From: Diplonema japonicum
Lineage: Eukaryota > Protista > Euglenozoa: Diplonemea
NCBI GenBank assembly: GCA_964019335.1
Contig: OZ025691.1
Location: 62,001 to 126,000, forward strand
Direction of reading: 5' to 3'
DNA length: 64,000 nt
The notes below the pieces were generated by a model. It was not told the DNA's origin and did not search any database. It saw nothing but the letters and a program-made list of their open reading frames with translations. Every line of letters begins with the position of its first letter. The stretch's first letter is position 1. Both the position numbers and the translations under genes were made by a program. Of the stretch, positions 11,001-22,151 are shown piece after piece.

Positions 11001-14000
11001 GACGGACAGTGTGCTGCTTCATCCATCAACACGCACGAGCATGCAGGCTGGGCGTTCATCACTGACTGCGGTTCGTGGAAGTTCCTTCTGGGTGATGGAG
11101 CGTCGTGGGTAGAGCTGACACCTGACCCAGCTATCCCGCACTCCACAACTCTTTGGACACGCCTCACTGCGGTGTACCACAGCGGCGAGCTTGTCTTCTA
11201 CATTAATGAAGAGAAGGTGGATTCTACTGAGACGTCTTATGAGCCAAATAGGGACAAAACTGTTCCCCTTATGATTGGTGGGCTGAAGGGTTACCAGGAT
11301 GATGAGATGGATTGGCCGGAAGGCTTCAAGGGATCGGTGAAGGGGCTGATGGTGTATTCCTCACCACACAACGCGTTCCAGCAGCCGATGATCAACGATA
11401 GCGAAAGTGACAACGACGATGATGAGAGTCAGGGTGTGACGACCGACAAGAGCTGGGCCGAGGGGGACAAAGAGAGCAAGGCGACCGCAGGTGACAGGAG
11501 CTGGTATGAGAAGGACAGGGACCACACATCGCTTGACGGTCTCACTCTTGCGGACGTGCAATCCGCAGTAAGCGAGGACGAGGGAGGCATTGGCGAGGTC
11601 AGCGACAACCTTGCTCGAATGGAGATCAGCACGCGTCTTGACAACATCCTTCTCAACATCGAACCCGACGCCATGCACACCGTGGGAGGAGAGTATGCAT
11701 ACGTCCTGAGCATGGCCAAGACTTGGCATTTGTACAAAGCGTTCGCGTCGTACCACAACAAAGAAGAAGGCGGGGTGCTAGGTTTTATCAACCCGCTGTC
11801 GCCGATGTTCATGCTGCTCAGCACACCGATGAAAGGGTCTTCTGTTGCGACAAAGAAAGACGAGACGTGCAACGGCATCGTGACCTCCATCGATGACACA
11901 ACGGCGACCGTAAAGTTCGAACAAGAATCCACAACGTGCTCCATTTCAGACCTGACGGTTCTAAGCAACTCAAAGCCCAACAACAAGGTGCGAAAAACGC
12001 TGTTGGCGTATCTGAAGAATCTGTTCATGGGGAAGAGTTTCCACGGGGTGATACCTCTTAACCAGCGGCTAGACGTCAAAGTGCAAGCTTTAGAGTTCCT
12101 GTTCATTGACGACGGCTCCGACAGCACAATCCCAGCTCATAAGAAAACTTATAGAGTTCTGGAGCAACTCTTACTTACCGACGCCAGCGGTTTGTTGGAC
12201 GCCATATCTATCTCTTTCAGCGACAAGGATGTCAGATCGCCGTGGAAACGGGGTGCGGACTCCAAGGCGACTAATATGCAGTCAAAATTCAGACTCAGCC
12301 GGGACAAAGTGACAGCAATACTAATGAATAAAATGAAGGCGAGCGAATTTGGCCCCTTGGAGGTGACCAGCACGTTCGGGAGAAAGTGGCCCAAGGCAAA
12401 CGATATGGTGCAACTATTCACACTGGTGGCAGACGCAATCTCATCCGAGCTGGTTCAGCCGAAGAGATTCAACAAAGACATGATCAAGCGCATAGTTGCG
12501 CACCTGGCGTACGACTGCACCATGAGAGAGAAAATACGAATGCAGAAACGCATCCAAAGCATGCTAATAGTTGCTTTTGACAAAGAAAAAGGATGCTGGC
12601 CAGAGGACATCACAGACGAAGAGACCATGCAGTTCCACAAGATGGCTCAGGCAGCGGGCTTCACCATGCTATCCATCTACCTCTACAAACGAGAAGCCAA
12701 CTACAGTGCCGTGCTCAGAACGTACCTGCAGGCTCATGAGGAAAACTCAAGCTCTGTGGAACAAGACGGGTTGTTCGTGTTCCTGGAAGAGTCCATGGAG
12801 AACATGGCCGGCGACGTGTCGATGTCGGATCACAGGAAAAAACTACAGAAAGCAATCTTAGAGCACCTGGAGTTCATCGTGAAGGTGGACTCTGCAAGAG
12901 CCGCAAACATCGTTGTAAAGTATCTGCAGTACAAACCGACGGACATCATGGGGACCCTCGACAATGACAAGAGGACGCAGTTCGCGTACCTGAAGGGGAT
13001 GATAGAGGCTTCCAACAACAACGACATCCCCGCCATCGTCTTGGACGCCCCCACTGTCGAAAAGTACATCCGCCTGCTGTGCATGTACGATGAATCAAAC
13101 ATCTTGAACTTCCTGCGCGACCATGAAAGCGTCATTGACATCACGAAGATTCTTCGTGTGCTCGAGAACACCAAAGGCGAGACGGAAGAAGGCTACGGAC
13201 GTGACAATGCCATCGCCTACCTATACTCGCGGATTGGAAAGTACAAGGAAGGCATCAACAGACATTTCAAGAGACTGCAGGTGCCTATGAAAGCCGTCCG
13301 CTCGAAACTTGTCGAGCAAGAGATGAAACGCCGTGACGGAACCAACACTAGCGGGCCTCCGACAACCCCTGCGCTCAGCTACGACACGTACTCTCCTACA
13401 ACGCCTGCATGCTCAAGGCAGAGCAGGCGGAAGAGCACCATGTCGAACTACTCTTTTTTCAGAATGGCGTCTGAGATGTCCGATGGGCGGATGGAGTACA
13501 TGGAAGTCTTGGAGTGCAAAGAGGGCAAGGCAGTGACAGAACTTGTCGAACTGTGCCTCGACATCTGTAAAGACTCCACTAAGGGTGGTGTCGAAGACAT
13601 CTCCGAGGTGTGGTTCACGCTGCTTGAAAAGCTCGTAGAACCGAAGAAAATCCTTTCGGACATCGAACACCAGTCGCGCACCCTGAGCAAGCTAGAGTAC
13701 GTCACCGCTGGTGTAGCATGCATAGCCGTCTGTGTCGTGCTTAGAAGCAACAGGAAATTCAGGTATGTAACGAGCGCATAATATATTTTCACGCAACAAA
13801 GGAACTTGGAACCCGAGAGAAGCATTGCAGACCACGACCAACAGGAAGATGCTTTCGACGAGCTTGCCGAAGTGCAGGTATGACTTTGAGTTGTCTAATA
13901 AAATACCACCCGTAGAAACAAGAGTCGAAGAAACCGCTCAGCTCAAGCTCGATCACTGTTAAGAAACAAACTAAAAAATTGGCGCACGCACTGTCACCTG

Positions 14001-15026
14001 TAATGTTTGCAGTCAATCAAAAGATGCAAGAGGTACGGGAGAGAGAAGAGAAAAAAAAAAAGAGAAAAAAAACTAGGTCTACACCCATTATATCACAATG
14101 GTACTGCTGAAGATGATGTCCTCGCACGACATATCAGTATGGCTTATGACACGAAACAGATGTTTAAAAACATTTTTTTGACACAGTTTACGGACGATCA
14201 GGATCAAACGGAGCTTGTGCAGTTTGTGAAGAAGTGCAAGGATGCCATGACGAGGGCGGTGGCAGACCCCAAGGCGGCGCAGGAGTTCAAGCAACTTAAG
14301 ACGACGCTCAGCAAAAAGACACAACGAGTGGAAACTGTGGTTCTGAAAAAGATCCTTGAGACTCACAAAGACAGCACTTTCATGGAGTACAAGCCCGTGT
14401 TGCTGGGGATGCTTGAAAATGCTCGGTTCGAAGCGAGTATGAAGAAGGCATTCAACGACTGTTTGGAGTCCGACACGGGTGAGCTCCATGTGCGTGACGT
14501 GCAAAAGCGGGCAATGGCAGCGCCTCAGAAAATGATAGGAGACCAACCTTGGCCACAACAATGCGTGACGTGTGGAGTGCTTCTTAGTGAGAAGGTGGAA
14601 TCGACACTGGCGTTTGCCTGTGGACACACTCACCACATGTCGTGTCTGTCAGGATCTGAGAAATGCACTGTGTGCTTTGGGAAATCTGAATGCTGCGAAA
14701 GCAAAGAAGTGAAAAAGGACACCTCGGCCCAACCCACGAAAAAACACAACGCCAAGTACAAAGCAGCCAGCATCAAAAAGCTCAACAACAGACTCGGCCA
14801 CTCGGAGATCAACATCGACCTTCTGCATGGCGACATCGACATTGCATACGGATCCTCCGCCCTCTCCCTTGCTCCAGCACCCCCTCTCTTAGAAAGTGAC
14901 GAAGAAGACGACGAAAGCGACCAGAATGACGACACCTCTGAAGAGTTCGAGGACGATGCGTCCATCGATGAGCTCATGCTGGACGCTGTCCCCTTCCACG
15001 AGAACGACTACTTCTTATTTCCTTGA
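8085..15026 (+). CDS. VPS8: CORVET subunit Vps8-like (beta-propeller, alpha-solenoid, C-terminal RING-H2) with LamG-like insert
   Basis: WD-like N-terminal region, solenoid, RING CVTC..FACGHTHHMSCL..CTVC. Inferred introns 13697-13744 (in-frame, uncertain), 13763-13801, 13878-13915, 14033-14076, 14137-14186 restore one frame. Confidence 0.75.
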
Positions 15027-15103
15027 CATCAACGTGACTCAGGAAAATTTCCTCAAAAATAGAAGTTAGAAAAAGTAACCTTTCGCTTTTAGCTTAAAAA
15101 AAG

Positions 15104-15175
15104 GGGCTCAGCAGGGAATCGAACCCTGGACCTCTCGCACCCAAAGCGAGAATCATGCCACTAGACCACTAAGCC
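15104..15175 (-). tRNA. tRNA-Pro(TGG)
   Basis: GGCTTAG/CTGAGCC acceptor stem, CTCGC-TTTGGGT-GCGAG anticodon arm, GGTTCGATTCC T-loop, T7 terminator at 15096-15102. Confidence 0.97.
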
Positions 15176-15527
15176 GGTTCCCTCAAAAAACCGGGGTTTA
15201 TTTTTCTCCTTAAGCCTCAAAACGGCAGACTAAAGAAAACCGTGTTTTGCTTTTTTCCTTGAGTTTCAGCGTCTGCTGTGGCTCCTTCTTGGCCCTCTTG
15301 TTAGGCTCCTTCTTGTTGCGGAATGACGGTCGCCACCCCTGGAGTCTGTCTTAGAACGACTGCTTTCTTGCCTTGCCCGGCGGAGGGTGTCACCGTCGTG
15401 ACTTCCTCCGAGTCTTCTCGTCCGCCATGGTCCACTGGGAGTACAATACACCACCCCTCATGTGTTGCGGCCTCTTGCCGTTCAATGGGCTTCAGACACT
15501 CATTTAAGTTTATATATTTTATATAAT

Positions 15528-16283
15528 ATGGGTCCAGTACATTCTTTAGCAGTGGACGCCGTGCTGTCGGTCTGGGTTGGATTTACGAAGAAGCAGGATG
15601 GATCGGTGTTATACGTGAAGAGAGACGGCAGCAGCAGAGTGGTGTCAAAAGAAGAAATGAAAAGCTTGAAACTACAAGCGGGGAAGAAGCGCATTGTGTG
15701 CATCTCTGACACACACGGGTATCACAAGAACCTAGATCTGCCGGGAGGTGATTTATTAGTTTTGGCTGGTGATGTATTGCTTATCAGCAGGTACCAGCCG
15801 GAGTCTGCTTGCCGGGGAAAGATCAGGGAACTTGGTGATTGGTTGCGAAAACAACCATGCAAAGATAAATTAATTGTTGGAGGCAATCACGACTTGCCGT
15901 TTGAGAGCTTCGGGAAAAAGAAGACGGCAGACCTCCTTGGTCCTGGAGTGACTTATGCTGACCACGAGAAGCTCACTATTCAGGGGCTGAACATTTTCGC
16001 GTCGCCCCGGTCTTTCGGAAAATCTAAAAACATCGCTTTCCAAGGCAGGAGAGACCCCTTCCACGACGTGCCCTCTGACATAGACATCCTTGTCACGCAT
16101 CATCCTGCCCGTGATGATTATATGGAGACCCTTCTCAAAAGAACTGCGCCTCGGCTCCACGTTGGAGGTCACTACCACTGGATGCACGGTGCAAGTACTT
16201 TTAAATCTACCTTGTCTGTTACCGCTAGCATTCTCAACGAGAAATACAAGCCCACACAGCTTCCTATTGTCGTTGATCTCTAA
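15528..16283 (+). CDS. Calcineurin-like metallophosphoesterase (MPPED/239FB-like)
   Basis: CISDTHG, LAGD, GGNHD, ILVTH, GHYH motifs. Confidence 0.9.
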   Translation: MGPVHSLAVDAVLSVWVGFTKKQDGSVLYVKRDGSSRVVSKEEMKSLKLQAGKKRIVCISDTHGYHKNLDLPGGDLLVLAGDVLLISRYQPESACRGKIRELGDWLRKQPCKDKLIVGGNHDLPFESFGKKKTADLLGPGVTYADHEKLTIQGLNIFASPRSFGKSKNIAFQGRRDPFHDVPSDIDILVTHHPARDDYMETLLKRTAPRLHVGGHYHWMHGASTFKSTLSVTASILNEKYKPTQLPIVVDL

Positions 16284-16485
16284 GCTGCTTCATCCCTCCC
16301 TTCAGCTTAGCCCTTTTCTTCTTCTTTTTTTTCTTTCTTTTTTTCTTCTTTCCTTCACTTCTCAGACTAGCCTCTTTGAGATGCATTACCTGCAATTTTG
16401 TATTCTATATCTATCCCCCCCCCCCCCATTGAGTAACGCACACAAGACACAGCAAAAAGAAAGAGAAAAGAAACACACATACAGC

Positions 16486-17477
16486 ATGCCGCGCCTTGAT
16501 GACCTGATCGTCGACTGGGTGAAGACGGCGTCAATCCCGAAGGACGACAAGCTAACACTGTTGAGCTTCAGTGAGGTTGGGGTGAACAACTTGGAAGTAG
16601 TGACAGAGAGGGACATGGAACCCACCAGGAACGAGATCAGGGGCCTTGTGTACAAACTGAGCAGCAAGGCAGGACCCAAGCCCATCAGGGATGACCCAAG
16701 CCACGTCATGCCGAGTGTAGGATCGGGGTCATTCGTAGGCGACATGGAGGTAAACAACTCGAGAGAACACGGTAAGGAAATTGTGCAGAATGCGATAAAG
16801 GCGGGTTTCAGAATGATCGACTGCGCGAGGTACTACGAGAACGAGGAGTGCATCGGGGAAGGCATTGCGGAGCTAATGGAGGAAGGTGTTGTAAGGAGGA
16901 GTGATTTGTTCATCACCACGAAGGTAGCGCACCCAAACAAAGGCGACTATTCGGAAAGCGGGTTTATGATGGATCCTGAAGAAGACGCCACAGAAGGCGT
17001 TATGGCACAGGTGAGAAGCAGTGTTAAAAACCTTGGTGTAGAGTGCATCGATTTAGTGCTGCTACACTGGCCGTCGGACTTTGACATGAAAAATGAAGAC
17101 ATCGCGGCTAAGAAACGTGCGGAGATGTGGCAGGGCCTTGAACTTGCAAAAGAAGAGGGCCTCTGCAGGTCCATTGGTCTTTCAAACTTCACCATCCCCC
17201 ACTACGAGGGGCTCATCCAGAGCGGGGTTGCGTACCTCCCTGCCGTGAACCAAATAGAAGTCCACCCGTACCTCCCGAACTCCGAGTTGGTTGAAGCCAG
17301 TCAGGCAAAGGGGATGACAGTGATGGGCTACTGCCCTCTTGGTTCCTCCGCCTGCCTGAAATCCCCCCAGATCATCAAACTGGCAGAAGAGTTTGATGTG
17401 ACCCCCGCACAAGTCATCCTCAGCTGGATTGCTCAAAGAGGCGTAGTTCCCATTCCAAGATCCACCAACCCCGAAGT

Positions 17478-17527
<50 letters not shown>

Positions 17528-17649
17528 TGGCCGAGAACCTTAAGGGCGCAAACATGATACTGGAATTCACCCAGGACCACCTAGACAGCATAGGGGAGCT
17601 GGAGGATGAGTCCAAGCGTATCTGCCCCAACCCTGATGATCTTGTTTAG
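16486..17649 (+). CDS. Aldo-keto reductase
   Basis: GFRMIDCARYYENE, LFITTKV, DLVLLHWP, SIGLSNF, VNQIEVHPY, IPRS; poly(A) intron 17476-17523. Confidence 0.93.
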
Positions 17650-18053
17650 GTAGATATGGGTAAGGTAGGGAATTCTTTTTTTTTTTTGTCCACGTACGAC
17701 TTTCTTCTTTTTTTTTCCCCCCCTTTCTCTCCCCCTCTTTGTGTCCCCCTCTCCCCCCCCTGGAGCTCCGTTAAAAAAAAAACAAGGAAAAAAAAAGTAT
17801 CCACCCCTTCGACGTTATTCATTCTTTTTTTTTTCTTTTTTCTGCTTTCCCCTTCCCTTTCTCCCCAGTTCCCTTGTGCCGGTTTCTTTTTTTTCTTTTC
17901 TTTTTTCTTTAAAAATTGTCAGTGTAGTGTGATTCTTCCCTTTTTTCTTCTTCTTCTTCTGTTCTTCACTTTTTTTTTTGCTCAAATTGAAGGGGAGAGG
18001 GAGGAAAAAGAAAAAAAAAAGAAGAGAGGGTATTTTAAAAACCGCAAGAAAAA

Positions 18054-19118
18054 ATGAGCAGGCGGCCAAGCAAGACGCCGGCGGGGAAGAAAGGAAAGAA
18101 GAGCAAAGAGGAAATAGAAAAGCAGATGAAGGAGGAAGACGAAAGACTTGCGATGGAGGAGCTAATGATACTCGAGAGGGAAGCAGAGGACAAGATGCGG
18201 ATGGAATGCGAGACACGAGACAAAATGGAAGCGATGGAGATGAAAAGGCGAAAAAAAGAACACGCCGCTATGATCCTTGCAGAAAAGGAGAAATGCATAC
18301 TGGTACTATCTGCACAAATGAACGATCAGGTGAAGTTATACGCACAGGCTAGATCGGAACTGGAAGATGAGTTAAACCACGTTACGTCTTTGAAAGAAGA
18401 ATTGGCGAATTCCCTGTCGTCGTTGGAAGCAGAGACGAAAATCACGATTGGGGAACTTGAAGACAGCAATCGAAATTTGATTTCTGAGAACAAATCCAGG
18501 ACATCGGAACTTTCTTCTATCACAGCTGAACGCGACACACTGGCCATTGAGCTCGAGACCCGCACCGCAACACTAAGAAGACAGATAACAGTCGTGGAGG
18601 AAAAACTCGAGCAGACACAAACGTACAAAGACGAACGGTGTACAGAGTACACGTCAAAAATCAAAAACCTGGAAAGGGAGCTGGAAAAGACGGTCGCCCT
18701 GAACCGAACCCTGCAGGAGGTCATAGACAACAGAGAAGCCGATGACAAGAAGAACATAATGCTGATGCAGCTTCTTAACAACCAGCTCGACGAAAATAAG
18801 AAGCGAGCCCACCAGTCCCTCGAAGCCGAGAAGGAAAAATGCAGGGAACTCCAATCGAGGCTCTCCCAGCTGGAACTGTCGCAGACGCAACTTGTCGATG
18901 AAACATCAGTGTTGAAAAGGGACAAGGAACACGTTCTGCGACAAGTCGAAAAAGACCTCTTAGAGTACAAGTCCAAGCTGGAACAAGTCAAATTCGACGC
19001 GAGATTCGTTCACCACGAGCTTAGCAAATACAAAACGAAACTGGAACACCAACAAAGTGATTTCAAAAAGGCTACCAAGGACAGCGGTGAGACCGCAGAC
19101 AGAATGAAGGTAAAAGCG

Positions 19119-19169
<51 letters not shown>

Positions 19170-19909
19170 AGACCGATTTAGAAGCTGCCCAGCAGAAAAT
19201 CGAGGATCTAGAAGCCGTGATGAGGAAGAAGGACAGGGACCATTTCGACAAGGTGACGTTCCTGAACGCGCAGATCAGCAACAACAGAACTATAATATCG
19301 CAGCTGCAGATGAAGTTCAAGAAGGAGAAGGAAGCGAGGCTGAACGAGGTGGCCGCGTTGAACAATGAACTCTCGAACAAGAACCAGAGACTGTCCGCAG
19401 CACAGAACGATTTGGACAAGAAGAAAGTGCAGGCGAACGACGTAGAGGGCAAGCTGCAGAGCGACGTTGCGATATTGAAGACAACAGTGTTCCAACTCCA
19501 GAGCGCGTTGGTCGAGAAGGAAAGGGAGATGGAAACACTGATCTCAGACAAGGAAGACGAGGTCAGAAGGCTCCGCAAGAAGCTCGACGAGAATTTCATC
19601 CCCCACCGCCGAGAGGTCGACGGTACCGAGTCGTCGACAAAACCCCTTGAGCAAGCTCTTTCCGAAAAGATCCAAACCCTGACAAGGGACCTTGAGATCA
19701 AGTCTCGTGCTTCTTTAGACACCGAAACCCGTTTGAACGCCCAAATTGCTTCCACGAACCAAGTAGTCGAGTCGCTTCAGCTTGAGCTCAAAGCCAAAGA
19801 GGACCAGTACGGTGAGACGGTCAAGACGCTCGCCACGGAGAACTCTCGGCTCAAATCCACCCTCGAAGAGACTTTCGTTCCGAACCCGGAACATGAAATG
19901 AACGAATGA
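18054..19909 (+). CDS. Long coiled-coil protein
   Basis: Two ORFs joined in frame by poly(A) intron 19110-19171 (RMK|TDLEAAQQK). Confidence 0.85.
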
Positions 19910-20140
19910 AAGAAAATATAAAAAAAAAAGAAAACAAAACAAACCCCCCCCCCCCCCCCAAGAAACCCCTTTCCCCTATGTTGATATTTACACATTAACT
20001 TTTAAATAACCTTTGTTCTATTCTTATTCAATGTTTTTTCTTCTTCTTTTTTCTTTCTTTCTTTGCAAAGCGGAAGGAAAAAAAGTGGGAATGAAAAAGA
20101 AAAAAAGGAGGGGAGGAGAGAGAAAAAAAAAAAAATAATA

Positions 20141-21364
20141 ATGGATATCGGGACATCGGACAAACGACTATCGCTAATGGAGATTGAGCAGATGGAGGTC
20201 GAACGGATAGAGGCCGACGAGAAGGAACAGGAAATACCTGCAGAAACCCAACACGCCGACCTCGACACGCCGCTGCTAAAAGTCCCCATCGTCCTCTTTG
20301 GGACACCACTGGGGCTACTGTCGCAAAGCTCACTATACAGCAATATACGAAAATGGAGAGACGACGGGTGGGTGGGCATGGCTGCCCAGATGGGAAACTG
20401 GGGTTTCTGGGGGCTCGGGCTAGCATCTCTGTTCATATTAGGATGCCTTTACCTCGCTAAAATAATACGTTACAACTGGGCAGTCCGACAGGAGTGGTAC
20501 GACCCCGTACGCAGCAATTTCATGTTTGCACCCATCATCGCGGTGCTGCTTGCGATACTAGGGACTCCAAAGGAGGTGGAAAACCTTATTGCCATGGAGG
20601 CTGCTTGGTGGACATGTGTTGTGGCATACTCCTCACTTGCACTCCCGTTGTACCAAAGCTGGCTTCGGAAGGAACACAGGACGCTGCAACATGGAAACCC
20701 GACACATCAAATCGCTGTGGTCTCGAATTTCCTCCTTGCCTTGGTTGGGTTCAATTTAGGGTACACCGATGTCCCCTTCGCATTCTTGTCCATTGGACTC
20801 GTGTTTCAAACGACCGTTTTTATAAGTTTATTCACAAGCACACGGCGTGGGCCGAAGGACGATGGACCTGATCTTGAGAACGCCGATGTGGAAGCTCCTG
20901 AGGTTTGTTTTCCGTGTATTTCGAAACCTTCGTCGGTTCGAATCATGCCAGATGACCAATTGAACCCTACAATGTTCCTGTTCGTGGCGCCCCCTAGTGT
21001 TTGTTCCCTGGCAGTTTCAGGGATGTTGGGTACTTTCGACAATTACTTGTCGCGTGGGGCCTTATCGTTGGCCCTGTTCTTGTATGCCATGCAGGTCATC
21101 TCCCCTCGTGTCTTTGCTTTTCTTGTTTTCACGCCTTCTTGGTGGGCGTACACCTTCCCTGTGACAGCCGCAGCGACTGCCTCTGTCGCTTTTGCACGGG
21201 CGCGTCCTTCTACTGATGTTCCTGATGTAATTGCCGTCACGCTTACTATTTTTTCCACCCTGTGTGTATTGGTCGTGTTTTTTAGAACTCTTTACTCTCT
21301 CGTCAGATGCGAATACCTCAAGTGTGATACTCTTTTAAAGGTCCCTCAACGAAACCCTTATTGA
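20141..21364 (+). CDS. SLAC1/SLAH-like anion channel (TDT family)
   Basis: About 10 TM helices; VRQEWYDPVRSNFMFAP, MFLFVAPPSV and WWAYTFP motifs. Confidence 0.9.
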   Translation: MDIGTSDKRLSLMEIEQMEVERIEADEKEQEIPAETQHADLDTPLLKVPIVLFGTPLGLLSQSSLYSNIRKWRDDGWVGMAAQMGNWGFWGLGLASLFILGCLYLAKIIRYNWAVRQEWYDPVRSNFMFAPIIAVLLAILGTPKEVENLIAMEAAWWTCVVAYSSLALPLYQSWLRKEHRTLQHGNPTHQIAVVSNFLLALVGFNLGYTDVPFAFLSIGLVFQTTVFISLFTSTRRGPKDDGPDLENADVEAPEVCFPCISKPSSVRIMPDDQLNPTMFLFVAPPSVCSLAVSGMLGTFDNYLSRGALSLALFLYAMQVISPRVFAFLVFTPSWWAYTFPVTAAATASVAFARARPSTDVPDVIAVTLTIFSTLCVLVVFFRTLYSLVRCEYLKCDTLLKVPQRNPY

Positions 21365-22051
21365 TGTAATGATGTCACACTGCCCTCCCTCCTTAAGAAA
21401 AAAAAAAAAAAAAAAAAGAGTGTAGGATTTTTTAGCCCTGTGTTGAACGTGGCCGTATATAATACGTGAAAAAAAAAAGAAAAAAAAAAAAAAAAGGTCT
21501 CAAGGTCATACAGGGCTAAAATTTGTACCTCTATTTTGAAGTATCCCCATATAGAAACTCTGCTGCCTTTTTAGGAGTCCCCATTCATGAAATGGGTAAC
21601 AAGTAATGAGAAGCAGCTGCAGAGCTCCGACTTAGCATTTGACAGTCTTTTAGAGAAACGAGGGCGCAAGTATCAAAGGGTAAGTTGTGCTTTAAAAAAA
21701 AACTCTACCTCAGGTCAGAATACGTCTCTTCCTTTTTTTTTGTTTTTTGTTTGTTCATAAATACACATCTACTGCCATGCTAAACGGTTTCGGTGGAGCC
21801 ACACCAGCGAGAGCAGGAAATATCAGTGGAACATAACCAAGTTTCGCTTTTTTTTTTTTTTTTTTTTGAATATTATTTCTGTTCGTTCATGTTTACTGAT
21901 TTAAGAGAAAAAAAAAGAAAAAAAAAAAAAAAAAAACATTCTTTTTTTTTTTTTATCTCATGATCTGGTTTTTCCTCTCTTTTTTTCCGCCCCCCCCTTT
22001 TTTTCCCTCTTCCCTCCAACTCTATTAAAAAAGCTCGCCTACCTTCCAGCT

Positions 22052-22084
<33 letters not shown>

Positions 22085-22151
22085 CTCGTTCACCCCGCGA
22101 TTCTTCCAGAAAGGAAAAAAAAAAAAAAAAGGAGGAAGGGACAAAAAAAAA

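Noticed and set aside
15266-15490. snRNA/7SL gene divergent from the tRNA (trypanosomatid-style arrangement)
   Set aside because: No recognisable U-snRNA or SRP motifs; looks like a degenerate minus-strand coding fragment
17476-17523. Genuine poly-lysine insertions in AKR, phosphatase, myosin and LRR proteins
   Set aside because: Each is bounded by GT..AG, and removal gives a cleaner protein, restoring conserved domain sequence in AKR, phosphatase and myosin
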